From NCBI GenBank assembly GCA_949358305.1, contig OX442314.1, positions 16,740,001-16,804,000 of the forward strand: 64,000 nt of DNA. Reading direction: 5' to 3'. The notes below the pieces were generated by a model. It made no database searches and was not told the origin of the DNA. It worked only from the letters and a program-made list of their open reading frames with translations. Below are positions 1-14,081 of this stretch, piece after piece. A program made the position numbers and the translations under genes. Numbering within the stretch: position 1 is the first letter of the stretch; each line of letters begins with the position of its first letter. This stretch comes from Strigamia acuminata (Eukaryota).

Positions 1-398
1 TCACTTTTAAGAGTGAACTTAAACGAAGTTCGCGTTTACCATGTTTGATGATGAAAACGTAACTTTTTGCATCTGTTTTAAACGTTTTGATGACTTTTTC
101 ATCATCAAAACATTCATTTTGATCACTTTTTACAACAAAAACGACGAAATCAGCCATTTTCGTCATTAAAAAACAATAAAAACGACTGCTTTACTAAAAA
201 AAACCATCTGCAAAAACCATCTGCAAACCACAAAACAAAAAAAACATTTCAATTTTTTTAAAAAAAAATTGGAAAAGTGAACTGAACTATTGGTTCACTT
301 AAAGAAAAATTTTAGTGAACGTGAACGTGAACTAGTTCATACAGTGATGAACGCGAACTTGAACTAGTTCGCGATTTGATGAACAAGATACAACACTG
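1..398. mobile_element. Right part of a non-autonomous hAT-like element (same family as 34296-34766)
   Basis: Ends in ACAACACTG (390-398), has GTGAAC/GTTCAC subterminal repeats, and aligns colinearly with the full copy at 34296-34766. The left end lies outside the window. Confidence 0.75.
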
Positions 399-844
399 GG
401 GTCTGCACTGTACAGCAAATTGCATTGCATGTATAGTTTGCACTTCAATGTACAGGAGATGAATTCACAGGATGACACAGATCAACATTATAGCGCACAT
501 GCCCTTGTTTTGATCCCGCAGAAATCCCTTGGTGTCAACATAACAACCGCTTCATAATCTCGTGTGGGTCGAAGTGCACATGAGGGCAAGAAGTGAGTTG
601 CAGGCCTTCAAGTGGGATTACGGTTAAAGCAAAGCGACAGGTTCTCTTTCATCTCCCCTGTGGGTTGTGCGCACTTTTCTGCACAAAAGAAAATGCGCCT
701 TTAGAACGTCACACGAACACACAACCTTTTGAAAAGCTTAAAACAAACTTAGCATTGATCTGCAAAGATCTTAGAACTGTGGAAAGTTCCACCACTGATG
801 ATTGTTCTCACTTCGACTTAGGAAGAAGATGAAAAATGGCTAAA

Positions 845-1181
845 CAGTAGAGCATCGATTATCCAGACTAAATAAGTGGGAGACGTGGGTGTTCATAAAA
901 CCGATCGAACTGATCGAACATTCGGTTTATACTGTAGTGCATATAAAAATACAAAATTGTTTAAAGAAGCGTTAAAAACCGATTAAAAATGCATAAAACT
1001 CGCTGAAAAGCATTAAAAACCGATTAAAAATGCATAAAACTCGCTGAAAAGCATTAAAATCCGATTAAAAATGCATAAAACTCGTTAAAAAGCATTAAAA
1101 ACGGATAAAAAAAATCAACTACCGCTATTCGAATAACCGATCGTTCGTATAACCGGTGTTCCAATAATCGATGCGCTACTG
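845..1181. mobile_element. pogo/Tc1-mariner-type MITE with an internal 41-bp tandem repeat
   Basis: TIR CAGTAG(A/C)GCATCGATTAT at both ends, TA on the right flank. About 3 copies of TTAAAAACCGATTAAAAATGCATAAAACTCGCTGAAAAGCA at 972-1094. Confidence 0.7.
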
Positions 1182-1382
1182 TATTTGTTCAATAAATTAA
1201 ATGACATGTGGACAAGAATGATTGCCAATTCATACAGTTCTAATTCAAATTCTCTCACGCTAAATTATTCAAATAACTTTTTCAATAACTCTTTTATGTC
1301 TAAATGTTCAAAGTGCACTTCTCAGTACTTGTATTATTATAAGCAGTAAGAAAATATACTAGCTACATTTGTGTTGATTTAG

Positions 1383-2830
1383 GATATCGAATTCAAAGGC
1401 CAAATGATTCCATGCTTCGAAAGTGGAGGAATTGTGTTCCTAGGATCTCCCGATGTTTGCGGACTGGAGTCATTACTCTGCAGTGGTCTATACATTTGTG
1501 ATATCCCAATACACGATGCTTCCAGAGACGTTGTACTAGTAGGAGAACACTCAAAGGCACAAGACACACTCAGGCGCCAAATGAACAAGCTTCGAACTTC
1601 GATAGAAGATGCCAATACGGCAGTAGAAGAAGAGCGACAGAAGAATGTTCAATTACTTCACCTCATCTTTCCACCCAAAATTGCCAAAAAACTTTGGTTA
1701 GGTACAACAGAAAGCATTTCCCACTGACTTCCACAAATCGTTAATTCTTTTATCAATTTTGCAGGGTTGCAAATCGAAGCGGAAACTCACTCGAACGTAA
1801 CGATGCTCTTTTCCGACATTGTCGGTTTCACATCTATTTGCTCAACAGCCACGCCAATGATGGTGATTGAAATGCTCAATAAATTGTACAGTCGTTTTGA
1901 TGATTTCTGCGGCCAATTGGATGTTTACAAGGTACAAAACTCGTTTTATTTAACTTGTATCGACACCAATATATCAATATTCTGCATATAACGCAATTTT
2001 CCATTAGGAAGGTTTCATTTGTATTGATATCATTTTCTTCCTCGCTTTGTGTGTCAGAAGCTCTACAACTTGTCTTTAATTAATTTAGATGTACAAATGC
2101 AAATGTTTTCAGGTAGAAACAATTGGAGATGCATATTGCGTAGCTAGCGGATTACACAAAGAAATAGCAATTCATGCCCAACAGTGCGCTTGGATGGCAC
2201 TCAAGATGATTATTGCTACGAAGCACGAGGTCGCACCTGATGGAAATGTGATTCAGGTATGACTAAAAATACCAGCTCGGTAAAGCAGTTTCTTCGAATT
2301 AAAACCTCTTTGTAGATGCGAATCGGTTTGCATTCGGGGTGTGTGTTAGCGGGCGTCGTTGGCAGACAAATGCCCCGTTATTGTCTGTTCGGTCACAACG
2401 TTACTTTGGCAAACAAGTTCGAATCTCTAAGTGAATCCATGCGAATAAACATCAGTCCAACAACATATCGGTAAGCAATGAACCATTTCATGTTATTTTT
2501 TGTCTTGTTTATTTAGAAAATAATGGGGGCTCGGGTAATGTGGTCAGCGCCTTTGCTCTGGTGCGCAATGGCCCTGTAGCATTCTACTCTTCTTCCTTTG
2601 TTGTTCTTAATCCATTATCATTATTTGAAAGGCTATTGTCAGAAACATCTGGATTCTCATTCACCTCGAGAGATCCGAAGTGTTTACCAACTAACTTTCC
2701 AACTGATATCCCGGGAACTTGTTATTTTCTTAATGCCTACAAGCATTCTGACATTGACAACCCAATGGATTTGGACGCAAGTATTGAAAAGGCTATGACA
2801 GAATTTGAAAATAGTGATAATAATGTATAA
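1383..2830 (+). CDS. GUCY1A1: Soluble guanylate cyclase alpha subunit, 3' exons (PAS end, coiled coil, cyclase domain); 5' part outside the window
   Basis: Exons 1383-1701, 1765-1931, 2113-2256, 2316-2470, 2632-2830 join in frame through GT-AG introns. Motifs [26 protein letters not shown] (metal-binding Asp present), VETIGDAY and [19 protein letters not shown] are alpha-type. Confidence 0.95.
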
Positions 2831-5800
2831 TAAAATCATTTTTGCTTTATGTCCCATATGATCGTTCATGTATAATAATGATAATAAATGTTTGTAAACA
2901 ATAAAATATTTTCTTCAAGAAATTCTTGTTTTTCTATATGAACCAAAAATCGGAATAACAACACGTTTTAGAGTTTGTTTTCACGTGTTTTTAGCACGTT
3001 TTCACAAATCCAAAATAAACACTACGAAATCCAAACAAATTCAATAAATTTTACCTTAAAAAGCAAAAAAATCTGCTTCATAAATCAATCATATAAATTC
3101 GAAAGTAAAAACCACAATTAGATTGAATTTCCCGATTATGTAAGATGTAGACTATAAAATTTAAAAAACGATATAAAATCCAAGAAATTTTTCCAAAACT
3201 GTTTGTAGTGTGTAAGTACACACAACAAACAGTTTGTTCACTTGGTTAATAGACTGCTTGACGTGTGACATGTGAGATCATAACTACTCATAATTCATAA
3301 TTTAATATTCACGATATCACATGTCACAGTTTTCTGCCCAGTTTTTTTTTCTGCTATGACGTTAATTTGATCGCTCAAATGCAGCTAAAAAGTGCTTAGT
3401 TTTCCATGGAAACTAAGCACAGGTAATTGGCCGAACACCGGGCGCATTTAAGCGCACCTAGGACGATCAGTACAGGACTTATCATCCACCATTTTTTTGA
3501 AATCCAAGTTGTCCCGCATTGTTAAAAATTTTTGCGGACAAATGGAGGACAACTGACATCCCGTATTTACATTTTTGGCGGACATTATAACTATAGTTCA
3601 ATTTTATTTAACGTTTGATTTAAAAATAATGCCCAATACTTTCTTTCCAGATGGGAACCAACAACAGAAATGATGAAGTTTCTGCACTGAAAGTTTTCTG
3701 CTCAGAAACTTTTCTGCTGACTGAATTCAGTCAAGTGGGAAGCCAGCATAATATTGAATAATATTCATTAGCACACAAGCTTTTTGCCCTGATGGCAAAC
3801 CACAATATTGAACTTAACCTCCCAAATTGATAAGAGAGTTATGGGCAAACCAAAGAATGTTTCCTTCTCACTGCAAACCATTGAAACCAACTCTTCCAGA
3901 CTTAATTGAAAAAGCAAAATCAAATTTTGGAGCAAATTCATAATTAATCAACATACAAGTTTCAAGTTTTTTAACTGCAGTAATAAAACTTGACAATCCG
4001 AGTCTTATTTCTATTTTTAGAATGAATAATTAACACTCACTGCACCCTGATCCTTTTATGAGACTTTTCATTAATTCCGCAGACATGCAAGATAAAAGGA
4101 TTAGCAGACACCTTACGTTTAATGCAAATTTCCTCTCGCCAAATTAGATTATCACCAGTAAATACCACAAGAAACAATAAAAATTATCAATAATTTTTGT
4201 TGTCATGACAGATCACCCGTAAGATTAGCTGAAATGCTGCTACACTCAGCAAATGAAATACCAATAATAATAAAAAATTATTAATAAAATTTTAATTGGA
4301 ACCTACAAGGCATTTGCAGAGGAACTCATAACATAAGGAATAAAACTTTTTAATTGCCCAGACAATAATTGCTGTAGTAATGACTGATCACTAATCACTG
4401 GTAATATGAATTTTAAATTTAAAAAAATGGAATGTTTAAACCAGAACACCCAAAGTTATCTTCTTAAAGAAATAATAATAAACTTTGGGTGTTTCGGTCC
4501 AAAAATTCCATTTTTTAAATTTTTTATTTTTTGTTTTAAAATAATTTACATGAAGAAAAATCAAGGAATTCAAAAAAATTGATATAAAAAATTAAAATAA
4601 ATGTAAAAAACAGCAAAGCTCACCACAGACCTACTCCACTTGTCCTTTCTGATATTGAAAAAATTAAATCACTTCAAATTAAATTTTAAATTTTTGTTTT
4701 ATTGATGAATCGATATTGAACTCAAGGATGTCATACTTCAAAAAATCTACTGCGTTTGGTAATTAAAAGATTTAAAATATCAAATAAATAAATCAATAAA
4801 TAGAATTTCAGTCGAATACCACCGTGTTGCTGTGTTGTTGTTGTGGCTTATGCCACTCATTTGCATTACGCGCATGCGCAACGCCTGGCGGAAAACGAAA
4901 AGCCTTATTCTAATTAAACATCGAAAAACAAACTGTGACTTTAAATCGATCGAATGAAAAAGACATCTATCTGTATTTTTCTCCCCTCTATTATATTCTT
5001 AAATTATATTTCTGGAAGGAATGTTTCCCTAAGGTGCCATTTCAAAATAAAAAATAAAAAAACACCGAAGATGGAAAATGAAAGTGGGTGAAAAACCTTT
5101 TCATGTCTCCTACAAATCATCCACGAGACATTTATATGAAAAAATATTTTAGAGCAAGTAGACGTGCATTCACAAATGCAGTGCGAGATGAATTCCTGTT
5201 CAAATGCCAATAAACTGCAGTCAGAACATCGTACTCTGCGTAAGAATCATAACAAAATTCAACCACACCCTTCCTCTGATTGTAGTCTGTAATTCCATTT
5301 AATGAATATCATTATTATGCACTAAGCGCCTATTAATGTTGGCACTAAGCGGATAATTTTGCAATTTTAAGATTCTAAACGATAGCATCATTAACATTTA
5401 AACTATACCCAACACAAAAGAGATTAAGGTCTTTCAAATTATCGTGGTCCGATAAAATTGAATTTTCTGCAGCAAATTCAATTTTTTTTTTAAAAAAAAT
5501 AACATGTTTCTCTTTAAACCAAGTTATCCAATAACTTTTCTCTTCAATCCACATTTTGCGAATTCCGATTCGATTTAAGATTGTGGACACTTGCAACGTC
5601 TCAAGAAAACAAAATTCTACTAAAAAAAAAAATTTTATATAATGCAATGTGTGTAAAAACAATCACAAAACCCACAGAATTCAACGCAAAAACACAATTT
5701 GGGCGTTGGCCAAACTGCAAGCACTAACAGTTTACAATTGTTATTTTTCTCATTTAGTACCAAAACAAATGTCTAAATGCAAGATAATTTGAGAGCAAAG

Positions 5801-7080
5801 TTAAAAGTAGTGTCCAAACATCAAAGCATTTGATAAATGGAAAAAGGAGCAGTGTTCTTGTTTTCTTCAGACTCGATCTCATGTGAATAAAGGTCAGAAA
5901 TGATGAATAGTCACGTGAAATAGCATTCATCTTAATATTAACTAATTCTAGATATAAATCAAACACCTACAACAGCGAAAAACAAATCAGTATATGACCT
6001 TAACGACAGCAAAAAATAATTGAAAAAAACGATCAATATTGCTACTTGATCCTGCGTGTACTGAAAAAGCAAGACAGTTGTTACATTGAGAAAAGACAGA
6101 TTCTTTTGTTTGTTACATTAGCTTTAAAAGCTGGGTACAATGATAGATATCTTGCTTGCTTTTTGCATTGTTGGCCCAGCACAAGAAAGAAAAGTTCCAG
6201 CAAGTTTCAAAATCTGAACTTTTTGTATTTAATACTCAGAAAATTCTTGCATATCAACCAATAGAAAATTGATTGCAACTGGTTACAACTGAGCATAACA
6301 ATTCACAGGCATATTAAAATCAGAATGTTGGGGGAAAAAAAGGTGGAAAAAAGTTACACGATAAAAATGTCACGCTTTATCAGATTTTAAGGATATAGAA
6401 TTAAGTTTTTTAGTTAAAAAAGGGCCAAGTTCTTGTTCACAAAAGCCGTACAAATACAAAAATAAAATAAGAAATGCAACTATTTGCAAATAACATCATC
6501 CACGCACGGAAATTAAATTTCCCTGTAGCAACTCATGCACAGAAAAATAAAGCATTCTTTTTGAAGTGGTGCAGTTCCAATGAAATATTTCGTATATTTC
6601 GTATATAAGATACAGTATGATTTAATTCTTTCAGACGTGCTTAGACAACTTCCTAAAAGTGTACCATTTCCTCTTCTTTTCCATTAAACATAGGAATTTC
6701 TACACCTTTAAAGTTACACGATAAGAATTTGACTGACTCGCTAGCATGGATCGTCTGACATTCTGAAACTGACTAAAAATTCCTCCAAGATCCTCAAACG
6801 ATAAGACTGAAAGCCAAATGCCATACGTGCACGTACACGTAGCGTCAATGTTAGAATGGTCAGTCTGAGTGGGGGCACGTATCCTGCGCATCTCGATGCA
6901 CCGCGTCCTCACTTTAGCGCGACCAAATTCTTTTTTCGTTTCGTTCTCGATATATCGCGACCAAATTTATCGCGCCTCGGATTACAGCAACGCGAATTAT
7001 CGCGTCCACCGCGAAATGCCAAATATATATAATTTTTTTTTTTTACTTTCAGATTTGTGTGTTTTTTAAAAAAATGTTTT

Positions 7081-7527
7081 ACACCACAAATGGCCCCGAA
7101 AATAATCATGTCCGATTATGAACGTGCGATCCAAAATGCAGCGCAATGAGGATTTCCACGGGCAAGAATTTCAGGGTGTTTCTTCCACTTCACTCAAGCT
7201 GTATGGCAGCAAGTGCAAGAATTGGGTTTGGTTCTTTTTTTTCGTTCTAATGAGGATGTGCATGGCTCTTGCATTCTACCAGCGCCTAGAATTGTTGAAG
7301 GGTTAGAAGCTATTCGAAATTTTGTCACCACCGCTGGATTCGATCTGCCTGAATTAAACCGCTTATTTATTAGCATACATGGACCAGTTTTGGATGAACT
7401 GCTGGAGTTGTTATACGATACTCCAGAAGTCTTTTCAGTATATTCCTTAACTAGACGCACGAACAATAAGTTGGAAAGTTTCCACAGTGATTTGCAAAAT
7501 CGCAGTGGATTTCATAAATATGAATGA
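7081..7527 (+). pseudogene. Mutator/MULE transposase remnant
   Basis: Reads IIMSDYERAIQNA.*GFP...GCFFHFTQAVW (CxxH), then MALAF/LP across a frameshift, then FSVY...RTNNKLESFH. Contains an in-frame stop and frameshifts. CGCGACCAAAT repeats lie upstream at ~6918-6970. Confidence 0.85.
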
Positions 7528-8520
7528 ATATTCACATTTACATTAGCAAAGAAAGATAAGTTAACTCCCCCTCCCCCTTGCCTACAAAATTACAATGAAT
7601 TCACTGTACATTGAGTTGCAGTTGTTCAGTTTGCTATTGTTTGATTTGCGGTATTACGTTTTCCCGCTAAATCGAGTTGCGGATTCGGTTTACACTCTAT
7701 GGCACGCCCCAACTTCCCAAAATGAATCAACTAAATTCATTTCTTAATACGTACGTACATTAATTAGCTTCCTTGGCAACAACCGCCCAGCAGCAACTCG
7801 GAATTGTTGACATCGTCAATACATCCTCAAATACTGAACTAAATAAATAACAAATAAAGTTATACATCTAAAATTTATGAAACAGACAGCGCTTGTGTAT
7901 GTCCAAAAACCACAAACTTTACATTTCCCAGACGTAAATCAAAAATTTGCATCGATACATGTACGACTTGTATGTCGGTTGACTTTCAGACCTCATCTCC
8001 ATGGCAACTGCAGAGTAATTTAGAATATTAGATTATTTAGGAGTGATTCTGTCATCCGCAGAAATGGTTTTAGGTCAAGATTCCATAAGCCAACTATAAG
8101 TCCCAAGAAATGTTTAGACCCTGCAGCGAAAGATGAGGATATTTTTTTAAAAAAATAAAAAATATTTTCTTTAAAAAATAAGGAATAAAAGATTTTGAGA
8201 CAAAAAGATAATGCAACTACAACGTCACAATTATATTTAAAATAAAAAATAATAATTTCACACCCAGGTTACAGAGACTTAGAACTTTTCCTTTAAAACA
8301 GGAGTTCTCAAACTTTTTAACACCATAACACTTTTTTTAAAAGGCAATCTGTGAAAACTGGAGTGTGTAGATCGTACGAAATCGAGTGGGACAGCACAGT
8401 GTTGGGCAGTGAAGCCGACTTGAGGGGGGTGTTTTTGTGCGATATTAGATGACGCGTGACCGGAAGTGCTGTAATAGTGTCATAAATTATCTAGAATAAC
8501 CCTTTGTTCCTTTGTTCTTG

Positions 8521-9710
8521 TAAGGTGCGTCCAAAAAGTCTGTGGAATGAGAAAAAATTTGAAAAATTTTTCCTTCCAATATTTTGATTTAATTTTTCTT
8601 TTAAGATTACTAAATATACCACTTAAGTAATGTCTGATTAAATTTTCAGACTGATTCAATAAAATTTATTCAAAATATCAACAATAAATGAAAAAACAGG
8701 TGTCCAAAAAGTCTGTGGAATTTATGTTTATTCTTTCCCACAGTAGTGAGGTTATATTTAGAGTCAATAATAGAGCATTTCTATGTTATTATACCTTTAT
8801 TACAATGCTTTTTTGAATTTTGAAACATTTGGTAATTGTTTCATCAACAATGCCAAACAACAAAGAATTCACTGCTGATGAAGTGATAAAAATATGGAAA
8901 ATTAAAGATGGAAGACTTACTACTCATGAAATTGCTAAGCTAATTGATACATATTATCAGTAAAAAGAAAACTAGCAACTTAAACCTCGATCAGGAAGAC
9001 CAATAGTAACTACAAATAAAGCTCATTGCAGAGTTCTAAATTTGGTAACAAACTGTTCATACTCAGTTCAAAAAATCTGTGATGTCTTTGAAGGAAACAT
9101 TTGTAAAAGTACTGTTCATAATCACCTTCAAACTTTCCCAATGATAGTTTATAAAATAAATGGCTGAACAACCAACTTTGAAACCTCAACATACTCAAGC
9201 CAAATTATACTGGGCAAGGGTTCAAATGACCTGGAACAATGAGTGGTACACAGTGATTTTAGTGATGAGAAGAAGTTGAATCTTGATAGTCATGATGGTT
9301 TAGCTTACTATTGGCATGAAATTCGAAAGGAACCACACCTTTTTCAGAGCCCAACAGGGTGGAGAGTCAGTGAAGGTGTGGAGAGTTTTTGCCTTCAAGG
9401 GAAGAACTTATGTAGCAGGAAATATACTCAGGCTCATCATAAGAGTATGACCTCTTCTTACTGGTCGAGCCTATTTTCTGGTGTAGGGCTACATAAAAGT
9501 AGGCCAACATTCCATAAATACAATTACAAAACTACTTCTCCTTGTGAAAGTATACAGATAACAGTAATGAGTAAATAGGCTCGACCAGTAAGAAGAGGTC
9601 ATACTCTTATGATGAGCCAGAGTATACTTCATGAATTTTTGTTCCTGTTGGGCAATTAATTTGGGAATACCTAATGGATACTTCAGCAGGATAATGCACT
9701 ATTCACTTCA
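8521..9710 (+). mobile_element. Degenerate Tc1/Tc3-like transposon interrupted by a nested MITE
   Basis: Direct repeat GTCCAAAAAGTCTGTGGAA at ~8529 and ~8702 (IR-DR-like). Transposase fragments MPNNKEFT..HEIAKLI, KPRSGRP, W..EW..V/FSDEKKLNLDSHDG..YYWHEIRKE, and WILQQDNA after the insertion. Confidence 0.8.
9423..9626. mobile_element. TATA-CTC...GAG-TATA MITE, copy A, nested in the Tc1 remnant
   Basis: Near-perfect ~54 bp TIR TATACTC(A/T)GGCTCATCATAAGAGTATGACCTCTTCTTACTGGTCGAGCCTATTT. Confidence 0.85.
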
Positions 9711-9792
9711 TTTTAATTACGAGAATTCAAACAATCTATTACGACTCATTTCAACCCTAGCGCATTGAATTTTTTCAGTGATACTTATTGAC

Positions 9793-10254
9793 TATACTCT
9801 GACCCACCTTAAGAGACACACCACTAACACCAGTTCCTATTGGCCGAGCCCACAGGAAACTGTGGCCGAGCCTATTTACTCCTTACTGTTGCCTGTATTA
9901 TTCTACCAGGAAAAGTAGGTTTGTTGTGATTTTTATTACTTTGATTATTTCCGGTATTTGAAATGATGTAAGTTGACTTATATGTAGTAATAAAATATTT
10001 TAAAAAGTCTGAAAGCAATGTGTTATGTTTTAACTTCTTCAAATTACATGATTGTTTAGTTCGTTAAATTTATCGGTTGCTTTCTCCAGCTGGTTTTCAA
10101 ATGTAAGATTGATTGTTATGTCAGGACACAAAATGGCTTCCCGTAACTCAAGCATTTGTATTTTGGCCTACTTTTATGTAGCCCTACACCAGTGAATAGG
10201 CGGCCAATAGGAACTGGTGTTAGTGGTGTGTCTCTTAAGGTGGGTCAGAGTATA
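9793..10254. mobile_element. TATA-CTC MITE, copy B
   Basis: Perfect ~54 bp TIR TATACTCTGACCCACCTTAAGAGACACACCACTAACACCAGTTCCTATTGGCCG. Subterminal motifs are shared with copy A. Confidence 0.85.
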
Positions 10255-12680
10255 CAACTATATCATCTTATAACCTTCTCTATAAGTTAGATGGAAGTAA
10301 GCTTATATTTCTATTACACCTTGTTTTGTCTTAACTTTGGCAATTCCCCTTAATTTTTATATCTTAAAAATTAAAACACATTCAATATGTTTTTTGCGAC
10401 TCACCAGGAATCGGCTGCTTTAAAACATGTGGTCCCTGAACACGAATCAATTTAAAAGCAAAACCACAGAAAACTGTACTTTTATAAAAAAAAAATTATA
10501 CCCGCCTCCAACGACGAATGTTTAAGCAATGCGCAATTTATTGCTCCCAAAGGTAAAGTGATGAAACTGCAGGAGTTGCTTCAACCCCATTTAGAAGATC
10601 GTTCTCATTGTATATTCATGTTGATCTTGCCCCCCTACAATCTAGGATCAAAGTACTACTTTTTTTTATTACATCTTGGTGAATTTTGTATTGTAGACTT
10701 AACCATGAGAACTCGAATAAAACTTCACTATTTTTAACGCAAAACAAAATGCAACAAATGAAAACTAGGAAAGGCTAGAAAATTCATAACAATTGTTGCG
10801 TGGCAACCGACCATGGTAACGAAGGTAACTAATTAGATCATGCACAACGCTCCCCCCCCCCCCCCCACACACACACACACATTTTGAAAAATGCAAAATA
10901 CTTTTGACTACATGAAAACTTTTCAACGTGTTTTAATTTACCACAATAAATTTAAATAACGCAAAACTTCGATAAAATTTAAAGTACGGTAAATTTCTAA
11001 AACTCTATGCTTATCTAGAAAAATGTTGATAACTTTCTGAAAAATATCCAATATTGCAGTACGGTGAAGCGTGATGTTTTTATTACCGCCAGAAATGATG
11101 TTGTTGCAAGTTATTTTTTTATTCCTTCTTTCTTGAAGTTGAAATTGATTTTATGGATTGACAACGTCTCTTTTACAATATTATCATCTATTTTTTAGTA
11201 GTAGGACTTAACATGGCAATGCATAGCAGATTATGTCTAAAATATTTATGCGGTTGGTAGAGATATTTCCCTATGGAGATAACTGGGACAATCAAATTAA
11301 CATTTAATAAAATAAACTTTCAGTAAATGATATTACAGTGCTAACCTACAGTGTAGTGCAATAACTAATAAAATCAAAATGTTTGAGACACATATTGGTG
11401 CCATTCAAATTTCTTTCCATATTATTTAGGGTTCGCTAGAGGCACGTATCAGTCAGTTTCCTGCACATGGCCTACCAGCTGAAATAGATTATGTTTGTTT
11501 TAACTTGAATAGAAATATAAAATATATTTATATTTAATATAAAATATATATATATATATAAAATATATATATATATAAAATAAATTAATAATAACATCTG
11601 CTAGGAATTTGCAGAAAATAATAATATTTAATCTTAAAAATCATGTTATTGTATTAATTTTTTAGTCACTTGAGATAAAATGTTCGCGTATAGCTAAAAT
11701 AAAACCACTTTAAAGCTAACTGTTTACACTTCATTTAAATAATGCTAGTTATATATTCACTCAATCGTGATGTTCAGACTACTAATGTAATCGATACCAC
11801 TAGAAAACGCTTGAAAGAAAATAAAATAACACGGCACAGTACCCCCGAATTAAAACTCCGTTGTCAAAATGATAAAATGTCTTGTCAAAATTAATTAATT
11901 TTGGCACCCACTTTTTAGTAAAGTCACACGACTTCAGTTTCGTTTTCTCTCATACTTCTTCAACAGTAAGTTGTCTTAACGAAAAAGTGCCCACATCACG
12001 TAATGTAAAAGTGGTATTGATCAATGAAGAGTTAGAAATTGAAACTTTAATGTTAAATGATGTTGATTAAAAATATATTAATTTGATGATGTTACATCCA
12101 AACATATGCACCTGTGACTCGTTATTAGATTGCAATTTACCTCACTCATTATTTACTCGAACTATATTGTCAGTTTATAATAATACATTGGTTGTCAGGG
12201 CAGAAACCTAACAACCAAGTCATTCGGAAATAAACGGTTCAGTCTTGACTCGAAATTCATAAGTAAACATCGTCATTTATTTGCCCCTTCACCACACATT
12301 TGGAATTTGAACATAAGCCCAAATTGATGTGTGCTAAACCCGCATAAGTTCGCCCGTTCAACGCGGTTATTTCTTGATGGACTAATCAGACTAAATCGAA
12401 TTCTACATCACACATGTTTGAACATCGTGTATTTCACAGATGATGTAGTTTTAACTTGCAAGTAAGACGAGTACTTTTGTTTGTCTAAATTAAATTGCAT
12501 GTTGTAAGTTCTATTGTTGACGATTGAATTATTTATTGCAATCTGAATGCGAAGTAAGTCTCAGAGGATTAAATACTCCATGCAACAATCTTGAGCATCT
12601 TGATTGGATGTTGGATGCCGTATGCATATACATCCAATCTCCCCAATTAGTGCCCTCCAAGCTTACATGATTACAGATGC

Positions 12681-13105
12681 TATACTCTGATCAACTACAA
12701 AGTAGGCCAATTACCCATTGGTCGAGCCTTTTCACTTGTGTATTGATACCAAAAAAAGACCAAAACACCAGAATTGCACTTGATGTACAGACATTGTAAT
12801 TGAAAAAAGAAAATTCAAAAATTGTTTTATTTCCTGACAAAGCAACCAATAAACTGAACAAACATGTATGATGAATTAAAAACAACTTAAAACTTAATTT
12901 TATGAATGAAAAAAACATTTCATTATAAAATACAATTAAAATTAAATCAAGTTAATCATTAGAATAATCACAAAAATTAAAAAATATATATATACAACTA
13001 CTTTTCCTGGTGGTAGTACACAGTCTACAGTTAGGAGTGAAATGGCTCGACCAATGGGTAATTGGTAATTGGCCCACTTTGTAGTTGATCAATGATCAGA
13101 GTATA
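12681..13105. mobile_element. TATA-CTC MITE, copy C
   Basis: TIR TATACTCTGATCAACTACAAAGT..GCCAATTACCCATTGGTCGAGCC, with small internal duplications in the right arm. Confidence 0.8.
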
Positions 13106-13200
13106 AATGCATTACCACCAAATTAAGACGATAATAAAATGAGAAAACACAATCAGATATTTGCTTTGGTTATCTCCCAACATCATGTTGCGTAGGTGAC

Positions 13201-13601
13201 TATACTCCAAACAGCCCCAACGTTGTCCTAACTCCTATTGTTTGAGTCAGATTACTCCTAACTGTGGATTGTGCTCTTCTATGCAGAAAAGTAGTTCTGT
13301 TTATTTTCAATGAATTTCAGTGTAAAAAGTTATTAGAATGATTGATTTTATTTATTTGGTAATAAAATATTCATTTCATTTGCTAAAATAAGCGTTTTTC
13401 CCTTTTAGTCAATCAATCAATGTTAGCATAGTTTGTTGGTTTCTTTTGGCAAGTAAAGAAAGGTTTAGTTTTATATTGTTTTTTTTTGCCTAGTTAGATT
13501 ACAATTCTGGTGTTATGGGCTACTTTTTTGTGCCATCACTACCCCAGTGAGATGACTCAACAAATAAGAGTTAGGACAACGTTGGCGCGATTTGGAGTAT
13601 A
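13201..13601. mobile_element. TATA-CTC MITE, copy D
   Basis: TIR TATACTCCAAA..CCAACGTTGTCCTAACTC..TGAGTCA. Shares the subterminal TTACTCCT..GAAAAGTAG motif. Confidence 0.75.
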
Positions 13602-14020
13602 GAGATTTCTTTACAATTCCAAGAAAATTGGTTGCTATATAGCATGAAATTCTCATGGGAGTTGCCGTGTTACCACAGAATAGCTGATGATTAGGTACTA
13701 ATGCAATACAGTAAGTGCATCAATGTGCTTAAAATGTTTGTTCGCCGAAAATGGTTAATACATTTTATCAAAAAAAATGTATCAAATACTTGTAAAAGTA
13801 ATTAATAACAAAATTTTAAAAAAGTAAATAAAAATCTGCACTATTGTTCGGTTCAATTTATGTTCAGAAAGATCGAGAATATTTTGATTTTGTCGTAAAA
13901 CTGCATCAAACCGACAATCAAAAGAAAAAAAATATTAATTACAGAAAACTCTAATAGTTTAAATCACAACTTAAAATAAGAAGCTCTATTGATTTGCTTA
14001 TTCTAAAATTGACGAAAAAT

Positions 14021-14081
14021 CTTTTCCATTTTCAAATCCGAGCATGGTGTCACACCATGCTCGGATTTGAAAATGGAAAAG
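14021..14081. repeat. Perfect 61-bp palindrome (30-bp arms, 1-nt spacer)
   Basis: CTTTTCCATTTTCAAATCCGAGCATGGTGT-C-ACACCATGCTCGGATTTGAAAATGGAAAAG. Confidence 0.95.

Noticed and set aside
972..1094. 41-bp repeats considered as a CRISPR-like array
   Set aside because: Head-to-tail with no unique spacers, inside a MITE, in eukaryotic DNA.
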